A stretch of DNA of 35,441 nt from a virus. Taxonomy: Duplodnaviria > Caudoviricetes. A program made the translations under genes and the position numbers. The notes under the pieces were generated by a model that did no database searches, was not told where the DNA came from, and saw nothing but the letters and a program-made list of their open reading frames with translations. The stretch spans positions 1 through 35,441 of the IMG/VR virus record IMGVR_UViG_3300005805_000243. The stretch is one strand, 5' to 3'. Positions 1-14,344 of this stretch are shown piece after piece. Numbering within the stretch: the first letter of the stretch is position 1; each line of letters opens with the position of its first letter.

Positions 1-6013
<6,013 letters not shown>

Positions 6014-6038
6014 GGATTAAACTCCTCGCTAGAATGCG

Positions 6039-6067
6039 TTGACATTTATAAATAGATGTAATAAAAT
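6039..6067 (+). promoter_or_regulatory. sigma70-type promoter upstream of the glycosyltransferase, with a nested T4 late promoter
   Basis: TTGACA (6039-6044), 17-nt spacer, TAAAAT (6062-6067). TATAAATA at 6047-6054 lies inside the spacer. Confidence 0.7.
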
Positions 6068-6075
6068 TATTTATT
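6043..6075 (-). promoter_or_regulatory. Late-promoter-like motifs for the collagen-like gene
   Basis: The - strand reads AATAAATA (6075-6068) and TATAAATG (6050-6043); each is one mismatch from TATAAATA. Confidence 0.5.
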
Positions 6076-6092
6076 ATATTGGAGTATTTATA

Positions 6093-9000
6093 ATGACGAC
6101 CATTGCGATCATAGACATAATCGGCTTAACTTATGATGGAACAACTCTTTCAAAAAGAGGATTAGGTGGTTCTGAATCCGCTGTAATTTTAATCTCAAAA
6201 GAACTCCAAAAACAAGGATTTGATGTAACTGTCTTCAATAATTGCATTAACGATGATTCATCTGAAGGTATTTATGATGGCGTAAATTACATAGATCTTT
6301 TGAGATTAAAAAATAATAGAAATTACAATTTTGACATTGTTATCTCATCGAGAACTGTTATTCCATTTGTTGCTGAAAAACATTGGCCAACTTTTGGGCA
6401 AGATATCGCTGCTCATAATTACCCTCATCCACATTATTTTAAACATATAAAAGATAATGCTAAACTAAAAGTAGTTTGGATGCATGATACCTTTTGCAGA
6501 GGTGATCATTTAATAGAAGAAATGTTGCTTGAAGGTGATATTGATGAGCTTTTCACGCTTTCTGATTTTCACACATCGTATGTCACAAATTGTGATCATG
6601 GAAGAAAAAGAAATTTTGAGGTACTAAAAAATAAAATTTTCATAACAAGAAATGGAATTCAAAAGCATAAGCCCTATGTAGATATATCTCAAAAAGATCC
6701 AGATCTATTTGTTTATAATTCTTCAGTAACAAAAGGCATGGTACCTCTTGTTGAAAATATTTGGGAAAAAATTAAGACAAATATTCCTTCTGCCAAACTA
6801 AAAGTAATTGGTGGTTTCTATAGATTTAAAAATAGTCAGCCAGACGAACAAGAAAAAAAGTGGAGACAAATGATCTCCGAACCAAAATATAAAAATTTGG
6901 ATATAGATTTTACTGGCATCATTCGCCAAGATGAAATCGCTGAGATTTTATCAAAGGCATCATTCATGATATATCCTCCAGCATTTCCAGAAACTTTTGG
7001 TATATCGAGTTTGGAGTCTCTTTATTACAACACACCTTTAATTTCATCCAGATTTGGTGCTTTAGAAGAAATTGCGGTTGAACAAGCATGCTGGCTAATG
7101 AATTATCCAATAGAGCCAAATGGTTTATTTCCATTTATAAATTCTGAAGAACAGGAAGCCAAATTTATTGAACTTGTTCTTCGTGCTCATAAAGACAAAT
7201 ATTTACATCAACAAAAGATGTATTATTGCAATACAATTAAAGAATTTTGTGGTTGGGATTCAGTTGCATTACAATGGAAACAGCATCTTTTGAAAAAGGT
7301 CGGTGAGTATCTTCCAGTAGATGATTACAGAAAGATATCTTACATAAATGATAGAATACACACAATCTTTGGAAGAAGATTCTCAAATAGAGAAGAATGG
7401 AACACATTTAAAACTCAAGAACAACCTATATCAATAATTTCTACTTTTTATAATTGTGAAAAATACATACAAAAATGTATTGATTCTGTTATATCGCAAG
7501 ACTATGAAAACTATAAACTCTACTTAATCGATGACTATTCTACCGATAATACGGTAGAAATTGTTAAGATGAAATTATCTTCTTTTGCACCAAAAATAAA
7601 AGAAAAAATAATTTTCATCACCAATGATGAAAATAGAGGTGCGGTTAGAAATCAAATTGAAATTATTAAAAATTGTGTTGACAATGAAGATATTGTCATA
7701 TTATTAGATGGTGATGACAGTTTTGTGAATGATAATAATATATTGAACTATTTCAATAATCTATATCAAGACGGGCAAACAGAATTTACTTATGGCTCTT
7801 GCTGGTCGATGTGTGATAATATTCCTCTTGTTTCACAGCCTTATCCAGAAGAAATTAAAAACAATCGTGATTACAGAAAATACAGATTCAATTGGATATT
7901 ACCCTATACTCATACGAGAACTTTTAAAGCTAAATTGGTGAAAAATATTCATGATAATAACTTTAAAGACTCAAAAGGAGATTGGTATAAAGCAGGAGGT
8001 GATGGTGCGGTATTCTATTCCGTAATAGAACAGGCTGATCCTGAAAAAATCAAAGTGGTTCAGGATATATTCTACAATTATAATGATATGAATTCTCTGA
8101 ACGATTATAAAATAAATTCTGAACTACAAAATAAAAACGCCAGAGAAATTTCTAACAGAACCCCTTCATTAAATTATTTTACTATAATAATACCAACAAT
8201 GTGGAGATGCCAAGAAATTTTTCTTAGAGGTTTGACCAATTACATAAATCATCCTCTTATCAATGACATTATTATTATCAACAATGATGTGAACAAAACG
8301 CCAGATTGGAACATATTAAATCATGAAAAAATTCGTGTCATAAATCAAAAAGAAAACATTTACGTCAATAAAGCATTCAACATAGGCGTAGAGTTGAGTA
8401 AAAACGAAAAACTCTGTTTTGCTAATGATGATATCGTATTTGATATGAGATTAATGAATAAGTTATATAACAGAATTATTCCAGAAAATGGTGCACATGG
8501 AATAATCACGGGGGAGGCTAAGTTTGGTCATCCTCCAACGACTGATGGTGCTATAAATTTCTTAGAATGGCGACCTGGTTATATAATTCATGGTTTTGGT
8601 CAAATAATGATTATGCACAAGAAAAATTGGATTCCAATCATTGATGACCTGAATTTATATTTTGGTGATGATTATATTTTTCATATGAATCTGATGAAAG
8701 GTGTGAAAAATTATCTGATATACAACATCTTTCATGAAGCATTAATGGCGCAAACGACAAAAGATCCCGCTATTAGTGAAGGCATGTATGAAAAAGAAAA
8801 GCCACATTGGGAAAAATGGTTCTTTGAAAATCCACTTCCTTCTGTAAAAGAAGAAGTAAAACAAATTGCACCAATTAAAGAAAAGAAAAAAATATTAATT
8901 GCTATTCCCACTGCAAAGTATATTGAATCCGAGACATTTAAATCGATTTATGATTTAGAAGTTCCTGATGGATATGAAACTAATTTTCAATTTTTCTATG

Positions 9001-9476
9001 GATATAACATTGCACAAATAAGAAATTTGATAGCACATTGGGCTGAAAGATACGATTATCTTTTCTCCGTAGACAGTGATATTGTCTTTGAAAAAGATAC
9101 GCTGAAAAAATTATTGAGTCATGATAAGGATGTGGTGAGCGGTCTATACGTTCAAAGAAAAGAAGAAAAGGTTCTAGAAATTTATCGTATAAACAAAAGA
9201 GGTGGAGTTTCTAATGTAACTTATGAAGATTTGTCTAAAGAATCTTTGGCGAGGATTTCAGCTTGTGGCTTTGGTTGTGTTCTGATAAAATCAAAAGTAA
9301 TAAGAAAGATTGGTTATCCACAATTTATATATCGCGAAGCTCTAGATCACAAGCACACCGTTTCAGAAGATGTTCATTTCTGTGCAAGAGCTATTGAAGA
9401 AGGTTTTGATATATGGGCAGACACCACAATCCTATGCGAACACATAGGAAATAAAAAATATAAAGTTATCGGGTAA
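6093..9476 (+). CDS. Multidomain glycosyltransferase: N-terminal GT-B (GT4-like) plus three GT-A (GT2-like) domains
   Basis: The start is more likely ATG 6093 (GGAG at 6081-6084) than 6039. GT4 part: GLGGSE and ETFGISSLE (E-x7-E). GT2a (from ~7428): ISIISTFYNCEKYIQKCIDSVISQDY...IDDYSTD...LLDGDD. GT2b (from ~8174): FTIIIPT...ANDDIV...FGDD. GT2c (from ~8889): ILIAIPT...SVDSDIV...GFGCVLIK...SEDVHFC. Confidence 0.92.
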   Translation: MTTIAIIDIIGLTYDGTTLSKRGLGGSESAVILISKELQKQGFDVTVFNNCINDDSSEGIYDGVNYIDLLRLKNNRNYNFDIVISSRTVIPFVAEKHWPTFGQDIAAHNYPHPHYFKHIKDNAKLKVVWMHDTFCRGDHLIEEMLLEGDIDELFTLSDFHTSYVTNCDHGRKRNFEVLKNKIFITRNGIQKHKPYVDISQKDPDLFVYNSSVTKGMVPLVENIWEKIKTNIPSAKLKVIGGFYRFKNSQPDEQEKKWRQMISEPKYKNLDIDFTGIIRQDEIAEILSKASFMIYPPAFPETFGISSLESLYYNTPLISSRFGALEEIAVEQACWLMNYPIEPNGLFPFINSEEQEAKFIELVLRAHKDKYLHQQKMYYCNTIKEFCGWDSVALQWKQHLLKKVGEYLPVDDYRKISYINDRIHTIFGRRFSNREEWNTFKTQEQPISIISTFYNCEKYIQKCIDSVISQDYENYKLYLIDDYSTDNTVEIVKMKLSSFAPKIKEKIIFITNDENRGAVRNQIEIIKNCVDNEDIVILLDGDDSFVNDNNILNYFNNLYQDGQTEFTYGSCWSMCDNIPLVSQPYPEEIKNNRDYRKYRFNWILPYTHTRTFKAKLVKNIHDNNFKDSKGDWYKAGGDGAVFYSVIEQADPEKIKVVQDIFYNYNDMNSLNDYKINSELQNKNAREISNRTPSLNYFTIIIPTMWRCQEIFLRGLTNYINHPLINDIIIINNDVNKTPDWNILNHEKIRVINQKENIYVNKAFNIGVELSKNEKLCFANDDIVFDMRLMNKLYNRIIPENGAHGIITGEAKFGHPPTTDGAINFLEWRPGYIIHGFGQIMIMHKKNWIPIIDDLNLYFGDDYIFHMNLMKGVKNYLIYNIFHEALMAQTTKDPAISEGMYEKEKPHWEKWFFENPLPSVKEEVKQIAPIKEKKKILIAIPTAKYIESETFKSIYDLEVPDGYETNFQFFYGYNIAQIRNLIAHWAERYDYLFSVDSDIVFEKDTLKKLLSHDKDVVSGLYVQRKEEKVLEIYRINKRGGVSNVTYEDLSKESLARISACGFGCVLIKSKVIRKIGYPQFIYREALDHKHTVSEDVHFCARAIEEGFDIWADTTILCEHIGNKKYKVIG

Positions 9477-9804
9477 CTTGAGGAGTCACTATCGCCACAC
9501 CTTGAAGAATTCTAGTAACTTCAGTTGTGGCGGTTTCTTCTATTTCTAAATCATAAACATATCTACCAGGTTTTAAATTGGCAGTATTTGATGCTGTCAT
9601 AGACATAGAAATGTTTCCATTTGCTGCGTCTTGAATAGATACGGTAAAATTATTTGAAGTTGTTGAATCGTAATTTTTTCTTATTTGTGATCTAGCTGTA
9701 TAACCAACCAAGTTAATAGACTCATTTGTGAAATAATCTTTCAGTTCTATGGTCGCAGCAAAGGTTGCACCTTGATCTATGGTTATTTCATAGTAGTTAG
9801 ACAT
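9466..9804 (-). CDS. BppU-N-like small Ig-fold virion adaptor protein
   Basis: ITIDQGATF...INLVGYTARSQIRK...LKPGRYVYDLEI...RILQGVAIVTPQVTR, a pattern typical of this family in phage fibre regions. The 3' end overlaps the GT gene by 11 bp. Confidence 0.75.
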   Translation of the reverse strand: MSNYYEITIDQGATFAATIELKDYFTNESINLVGYTARSQIRKNYDSTTSNNFTVSIQDAANGNISMSMTASNTANLKPGRYVYDLEIEETATTEVTRILQGVAIVTPQVTR

Positions 9805-10288
9805 TTATTTGCCCGTCATCTGTATTGATTACTTCTTTTGATACCTTTAACTGTTCTAATTCTTCAACAATTTTTGTATTTAACACTTGATAGTCATCAT
9901 CACTAGTAATAGCTCGAACAATAAGTCTTGAATTTTTATTCAATTCATTGATGTGATCATCATTTTTGCTTATACCACTTTGAATAACTTCTATTGATTT
10001 TTCTAATTCGACTGAGGTTTTATCTATTCCTTTTGAAGTTTCTTTAAGAATAACAATAGACTCATCTAGTTTTTTGTTGTTTTTATCCAAGGCGTCAACC
10101 ATTTCTCGTTGAAGCTCTACAGATATTTTCATAGTTTGAAGAATATTTCTGAGTTCTGCGGCCACCGTACAGAATTGTTCTGCAATTGCTACATCGGAAA
10201 CTCCTCTAGGAGTTTGAGAAGAATAATTAGGAACGACAGTTTGTTGTCCTTGATTTATTGATATAGGTTGAATATCTATTTCTTTCAT
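9797..10288 (-). CDS. Hypothetical coiled-coil protein (163 aa)
   Basis: AAGGA RBS; heptad-like stretch LDKNNKKLDESIVILKETSKGIDKTSVELEKSIEVIQSGISKN; overlaps the start of the next gene. Confidence 0.75.
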   Translation of the reverse strand: MKEIDIQPISINQGQQTVVPNYSSQTPRGVSDVAIAEQFCTVAAELRNILQTMKISVELQREMVDALDKNNKKLDESIVILKETSKGIDKTSVELEKSIEVIQSGISKNDDHINELNKNSRLIVRAITSDDDYQVLNTKIVEELEQLKVSKEVINTDDGQINV

Positions 10289-10306
10289 TTAAGTTCCTTT
10301 TCAATT

Positions 10307-10786
10307 TTATTCTGGCGGAGGATCTAATACAGTAACAGTATAAGACTTTCTTTCTGCAAAAACTCTTTCATCTATCAATTCAAAAATATAAATTCCAGCC
10401 TGTGTTGGATTAAGAAAAAGCATTTCGTCAAATTTTAACATTGCTTCTTGTCCATTAATTGTTATTTTATATTCATTATCTTTAAGTTGTTCATATTCTG
10501 AGTCTGTTGTATCATTCGATCTTGTTAACCATAAACAAATTTTACTATTTAGCCCAATTTGATACGTTGAATTTGGTACAACGACAAAATGCAATTCAAG
10601 AAGTTTTATTAATTCTGGCTCATTATATCTATATTCTCGATATTCCGATCCAATGAATCTAGTCTCTTCTATCGTAAGTTTTCTTATAGAATTATCATTA
10701 GTTAATTCTGGCTCTTGATTGCAGTATGAATGACCTACATACATTCCATTCTGTGGATTATATTCGACAAAAACAAAATTGGCCAT
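10307..10786 (-). CDS. Hypothetical late protein (159 aa), possibly a fibre chaperone/accessory protein
   Basis: GGAG RBS and upstream CATAAATA; located downstream of the tail fibre. The function is a guess. Confidence 0.7.
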   Translation of the reverse strand: MANFVFVEYNPQNGMYVGHSYCNQEPELTNDNSIRKLTIEETRFIGSEYREYRYNEPELIKLLELHFVVVPNSTYQIGLNSKICLWLTRSNDTTDSEYEQLKDNEYKITINGQEAMLKFDEMLFLNPTQAGIYIFELIDERVFAERKSYTVTVLDPPPE

Positions 10787-10805
10787 CTAAATCTCCCGTT
10801 TTTCT

Positions 10806-10813
10806 TATTTATG
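10806..10813 (-). promoter_or_regulatory. T4-like late promoter (CATAAATA)
   Basis: The + strand reads tatttatg in the 10787-10818 intergenic gap. Confidence 0.55.
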
Positions 10814-10818
10814 CTTTA

Positions 10819-12132
10819 TCAATTTATTTCTAACAGATATTGCTCTAGTTTAGTCATGAAGAGATCAATATCCTTTCCATCATATACTCTATGGTCCATT
10901 AAAATCATAATATTAGTTGTCCAAAAATCATCTATCTTTTTTCTGGGAGGTCCGATCCAAACACAAATTGGAATACCTTCAATTTCATTGACAACTCCCC
11001 ATCCCCAATAAGGGGTGTCCGATGGCTCGGCGAATCCTACAAAACTAACAGCCACCGAACATTGACTAGGTGGAAGTAAATCTTTGATATGATCTATCTC
11101 AGGAATTTTGTCGTATGCCTTAGCTCTAATTTTTTTCGTCTTTGCAATTATTCTCTTAAGGACGGTTTTATATCCATGTCTAGGATCCAACAAAACCGTA
11201 GAGAGATGATCTTCGTCCCACGGAACTCTGACCGCAACCATAGGAGATTTTGTTCTGAAAATTTTATCGTCCCTTGTCACATTTCGAAAATGTGGATACA
11301 CCTTGTATATTTTAGCTATGGCTTCAATAACTTTGGATTGAGCTATTAAATTATTTTTAGAACTTATTTTTAATTCTTTTATAGAAGTCATAGAAGCGGT
11401 ATTTTTCCATATTTTTAATTTATTGTGCTGCCAATTATTAATTTCAATTTCTTCTGGATAATTTTTTGATCCTTGAATCGTAGACCGACACATTTTTTTA
11501 ACATCTCTAGTGTCAGATGTTACTTTCATATGCTCACATGCTCTTTTGTGACTTTCTATCATTTCTAAACCCATTAGTCCAACATTTCGCATTCCTAATA
11601 GATATATCATTGGAATAATAAAGTTTGGGCTTTGAATTATTTTGAAAAGTAAATTTTCTAAATTTCTTACAATAGGAGCTAATTCTTGAGAATTGGGTAT
11701 TTCATAACTCAAGGCGTAACCATTGTGCCTATTCTCATCATCACCAATACTATCAAAAAGTTTAGGACAAAGTGAACTTAATCCTTTGAAAACACAACTT
11801 AACCATCCTTCAGCTACAAGATTTAATGCAGCAATAGAATTGTTACCTTGCAAATTCTGAAGATAATCAATTAAATTTTGAGTGTATTCACACGGGTCTT
11901 CATACCCACCACACAGATTGGCTAATTGTCTAAAGCACTCTCTATGAACATATTCGTCTTCTAATTGATTTTCAACTCCCGCTCCTCTTTCAGCAGCAAG
12001 AACTGCAATTTGTTCTAGCGCACAGAGAGTAGAAAAAAGATAGCGATATGCTAATTTTTTATTTTTATGTCTTGGAACATTAAATAATGGTATAAGTTTT
12101 TCTACTCTCTTTTGTATCTTAATTTTTTTCAT
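10819..12132 (-). CDS. Fusion of a ferritin-like di-iron domain and a 2-oxoacid-dehydrogenase E2/CAT-like acyltransferase domain
   Basis: Di-iron ligand pattern E40, E60-x-x-H63, E108, E133-x-x-H136. C-terminal D413-H-R-V-Y-D-G419 matches the E2 catalytic DHRxxDG. Upstream segments EAIAKIYKVYPHFRN, VAVRVP and SVAVSFVG parallel E2 conserved blocks. Confidence 0.78.
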   Translation of the reverse strand: MKKIKIQKRVEKLIPLFNVPRHKNKKLAYRYLFSTLCALEQIAVLAAERGAGVENQLEDEYVHRECFRQLANLCGGYEDPCEYTQNLIDYLQNLQGNNSIAALNLVAEGWLSCVFKGLSSLCPKLFDSIGDDENRHNGYALSYEIPNSQELAPIVRNLENLLFKIIQSPNFIIPMIYLLGMRNVGLMGLEMIESHKRACEHMKVTSDTRDVKKMCRSTIQGSKNYPEEIEINNWQHNKLKIWKNTASMTSIKELKISSKNNLIAQSKVIEAIAKIYKVYPHFRNVTRDDKIFRTKSPMVAVRVPWDEDHLSTVLLDPRHGYKTVLKRIIAKTKKIRAKAYDKIPEIDHIKDLLPPSQCSVAVSFVGFAEPSDTPYWGWGVVNEIEGIPICVWIGPPRKKIDDFWTTNIMILMDHRVYDGKDIDLFMTKLEQYLLEIN

Positions 12133-12149
12133 AAAAATTTTTCATAATA

Positions 12150-14105
12150 TTAAGTTCGATAACCGACTAGATTTATTACTCTTCTTTTGATTACAAGTCT
12201 AGGAATTGTATTTCCATCGTCTATTGTATAAGAAGCATTGGTGCCTATAGGAACAGTAGAAATTGTGCATCTTAAATGTTGTGGATAAATTATCTCTGCT
12301 ATTGGATAATAGGCTCCATTCACAACAATAAATGCCCTAGGACTTAAATATGTTTGAAAATTTACTCCACTGCCTACTATATCCCAATAATTAAGAGTGG
12401 ATATAACACCTGCGCGTGCTTCTGGAATATCTTGTGCATTTCTCCATTGTGCTTCTACTGTATATGTTGAAGATGATCCGTTGGTTATTGGTGCCGTATC
12501 TCTTATGGTATTTAACAGGGCAAAAAATGAACCTGGTGTAGAAAGTTGAGTCCATTCTGATGTATAAAAAACGTTGCCATTTCTCAATACTCTGTATCTA
12601 AAATCTGGCGAACCGGCACCTGCTCCCCCATCTGCACCTAAGACTAATCCTAAAGTTCCTGTATTATTAAAAGTTCCAGTACCACCACTCGTTCCAAAAC
12701 TACCAGATACACTTATTGCTCCACCAACATAGTTGACATATGAATAACCTCCTACACCAATACTTTCTATTAAAATGGATGCAGAAAAAGAAATATCAAC
12801 GGTGTCTATTCCTGTTGGAATTGTTGCCGTTATAGACATTCCTGTCGAAACCCAACCACCGCCATCTTGCGTTACTCTTCCTATTGTGCGGCTACCATCT
12901 GAATATCCATAATAGTTGCCACCACTAGTGACACCTGGGACTCCAAAAAATATTCTGGTGTCTTGGTTAGAAACATCGCTCGAAGCTATAAAATTGACAT
13001 TTGTCAGGCCTGAAGCGTCACCAGTTATAATACCGGATACGTCTAAATCACCAGTTATAACCGCTTTTGAAGAACTTATATTCAAGCGTGGAGTTTCGTC
13101 TACTTCTAAGGATAAATGTCTAACTAAAGAATTATGTCCGACCCTCATCGCAGAACCATCTAGAGTGGCATATCCAGTATAATCCGTTCCTATTAATTTG
13201 ACAAAACCATTGCCGAGTGGTCCTGGAGAAATATTTTTCGCTTGTCTGATTATAAGATTTCCAGTATCTACATTTAAATCACCCAAGACCGAACCTGTGA
13301 CTATGAGGTTTCTTGTATTAACCACCCCAGATACAATAACATTGCCGCCAGTAATATTTGTGGTGGACTGTGTAACAATATTTGAAGTTACGGTTAAGTT
13401 TGTAACGGTTAGATTATTGGTGATAATTAGATTGCTGGCATTTATAGTGCCTGTAATATTTACGTTTCCAGAAACATTTACATAGCTGCCAACATTTAAA
13501 GTTGAAACGTTTAATGATGTTATATTAGCGGTTGTTCCAAAAATTCTCGACGCTACTAAATTTTGACCCACCACCACATTTGATGTTACAGAAACATTTT
13601 TTGAGAATATAACATTTCCTGAAGCGGCTAAAGAAATTTCTGTGTTGTTTAAATTTAATCTTCCCGCAAAAGAAGAAGTTTGCGGTCCTGTTTGAACTAT
13701 ATTAGCTCCCACACTCAAATTAGCTGCTACGTTTGCATATCCTGGAAGAATTAAGTTTGTAAAAGTTGGAACATCAATATTAACAGCACCACGTACAACA
13801 AGGTTGCCTATACTTACGTTTCCAGTTACAAATACATTTCCTCCAACATTAGCTGAATTTGCTACATTTAACGCCTCACCAGAACCCGTTACGTTAATGA
13901 ATCTAACGTTTGCCGTATTTGATAATAACGTATTAATTATTGCTGTATTAAGAACATTTAAAACGCCAGTTCCCGAAATAACTATTGTAGAGTTTGTATT
14001 AAAAAAACCGTTATCAGTTAAAGTGTTTGCTATCGTAATTAATTGAGATGTTACTGTTACCCATTGACCAAAGGTATTCCCAGCATTAATTTGATTAATC
14101 GGCAT
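12150..14105 (-). CDS. Tail fibre / receptor-binding protein (651 aa)
   Basis: N-terminal NTFGQW anchor motif common in fibres of aquatic T4-like phages; long N/V/T/G-rich beta-repeat shaft (ANVGGNVFVTGNV); distinct C-terminal head. Confidence 0.75.
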   Translation of the reverse strand: MPINQINAGNTFGQWVTVTSQLITIANTLTDNGFFNTNSTIVISGTGVLNVLNTAIINTLLSNTANVRFINVTGSGEALNVANSANVGGNVFVTGNVSIGNLVVRGAVNIDVPTFTNLILPGYANVAANLSVGANIVQTGPQTSSFAGRLNLNNTEISLAASGNVIFSKNVSVTSNVVVGQNLVASRIFGTTANITSLNVSTLNVGSYVNVSGNVNITGTINASNLIITNNLTVTNLTVTSNIVTQSTTNITGGNVIVSGVVNTRNLIVTGSVLGDLNVDTGNLIIRQAKNISPGPLGNGFVKLIGTDYTGYATLDGSAMRVGHNSLVRHLSLEVDETPRLNISSSKAVITGDLDVSGIITGDASGLTNVNFIASSDVSNQDTRIFFGVPGVTSGGNYYGYSDGSRTIGRVTQDGGGWVSTGMSITATIPTGIDTVDISFSASILIESIGVGGYSYVNYVGGAISVSGSFGTSGGTGTFNNTGTLGLVLGADGGAGAGSPDFRYRVLRNGNVFYTSEWTQLSTPGSFFALLNTIRDTAPITNGSSSTYTVEAQWRNAQDIPEARAGVISTLNYWDIVGSGVNFQTYLSPRAFIVVNGAYYPIAEIIYPQHLRCTISTVPIGTNASYTIDDGNTIPRLVIKRRVINLVGYRT

Positions 14106-14340
14106 TTATTTTTCCTGCTTTTAATATATTCATTAACAATTCTTTTATTTCGGAAATGTCATTCTCTATTTTATCCACTCGATTGTACAATTTACTTTTT
14201 TCTATGGCTTCCTGATCTCGAATTTTCTTTTTCAATTTATAATCGTTATACTCGTTAATATCAGTATTTAGTATTGCGCCAGTTGTTGTGTCGCGAACTA
14301 ACTTTGTTCCTTTTACTGGAATGTATCTAGGAGTATTCAT
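14095..14340 (-). CDS. Small conserved T4-like phage protein (81 aa) with a C-terminal coiled coil
   Basis: VKGTKLVRDTTTGAILNTD...Y motif, as in the small gene that commonly follows the DUF4815 protein in cyanophage-like genomes. Confidence 0.75.
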   Translation of the reverse strand: MNTPRYIPVKGTKLVRDTTTGAILNTDINEYNDYKLKKKIRDQEAIEKSKLYNRVDKIENDISEIKELLMNILKAGKINAD

Positions 14341-14344
14341 AATA

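Noticed and set aside
6039-6092. Longer GT start at TTG 6039 given by the ORF track
   Set aside because: It coincides with the -35 box and has no RBS; ATG 6093 has GGAG at good spacing.
6093-9476. GT as a T4-type DNA glucosyltransferase
   Set aside because: The architecture is GT4 plus GT2-like domains in a virion gene context, with no DNA-modification genes nearby; not formally excluded.
12119-12152. Upstream out-of-frame ATG (MKNFYEKN*) 13 nt before the di-iron/acyltransferase start, in a near-duplicated ATGAAAAA context
   Set aside because: Could be chance in A/T-rich sequence; no support for frameshifting or a regulatory peptide.
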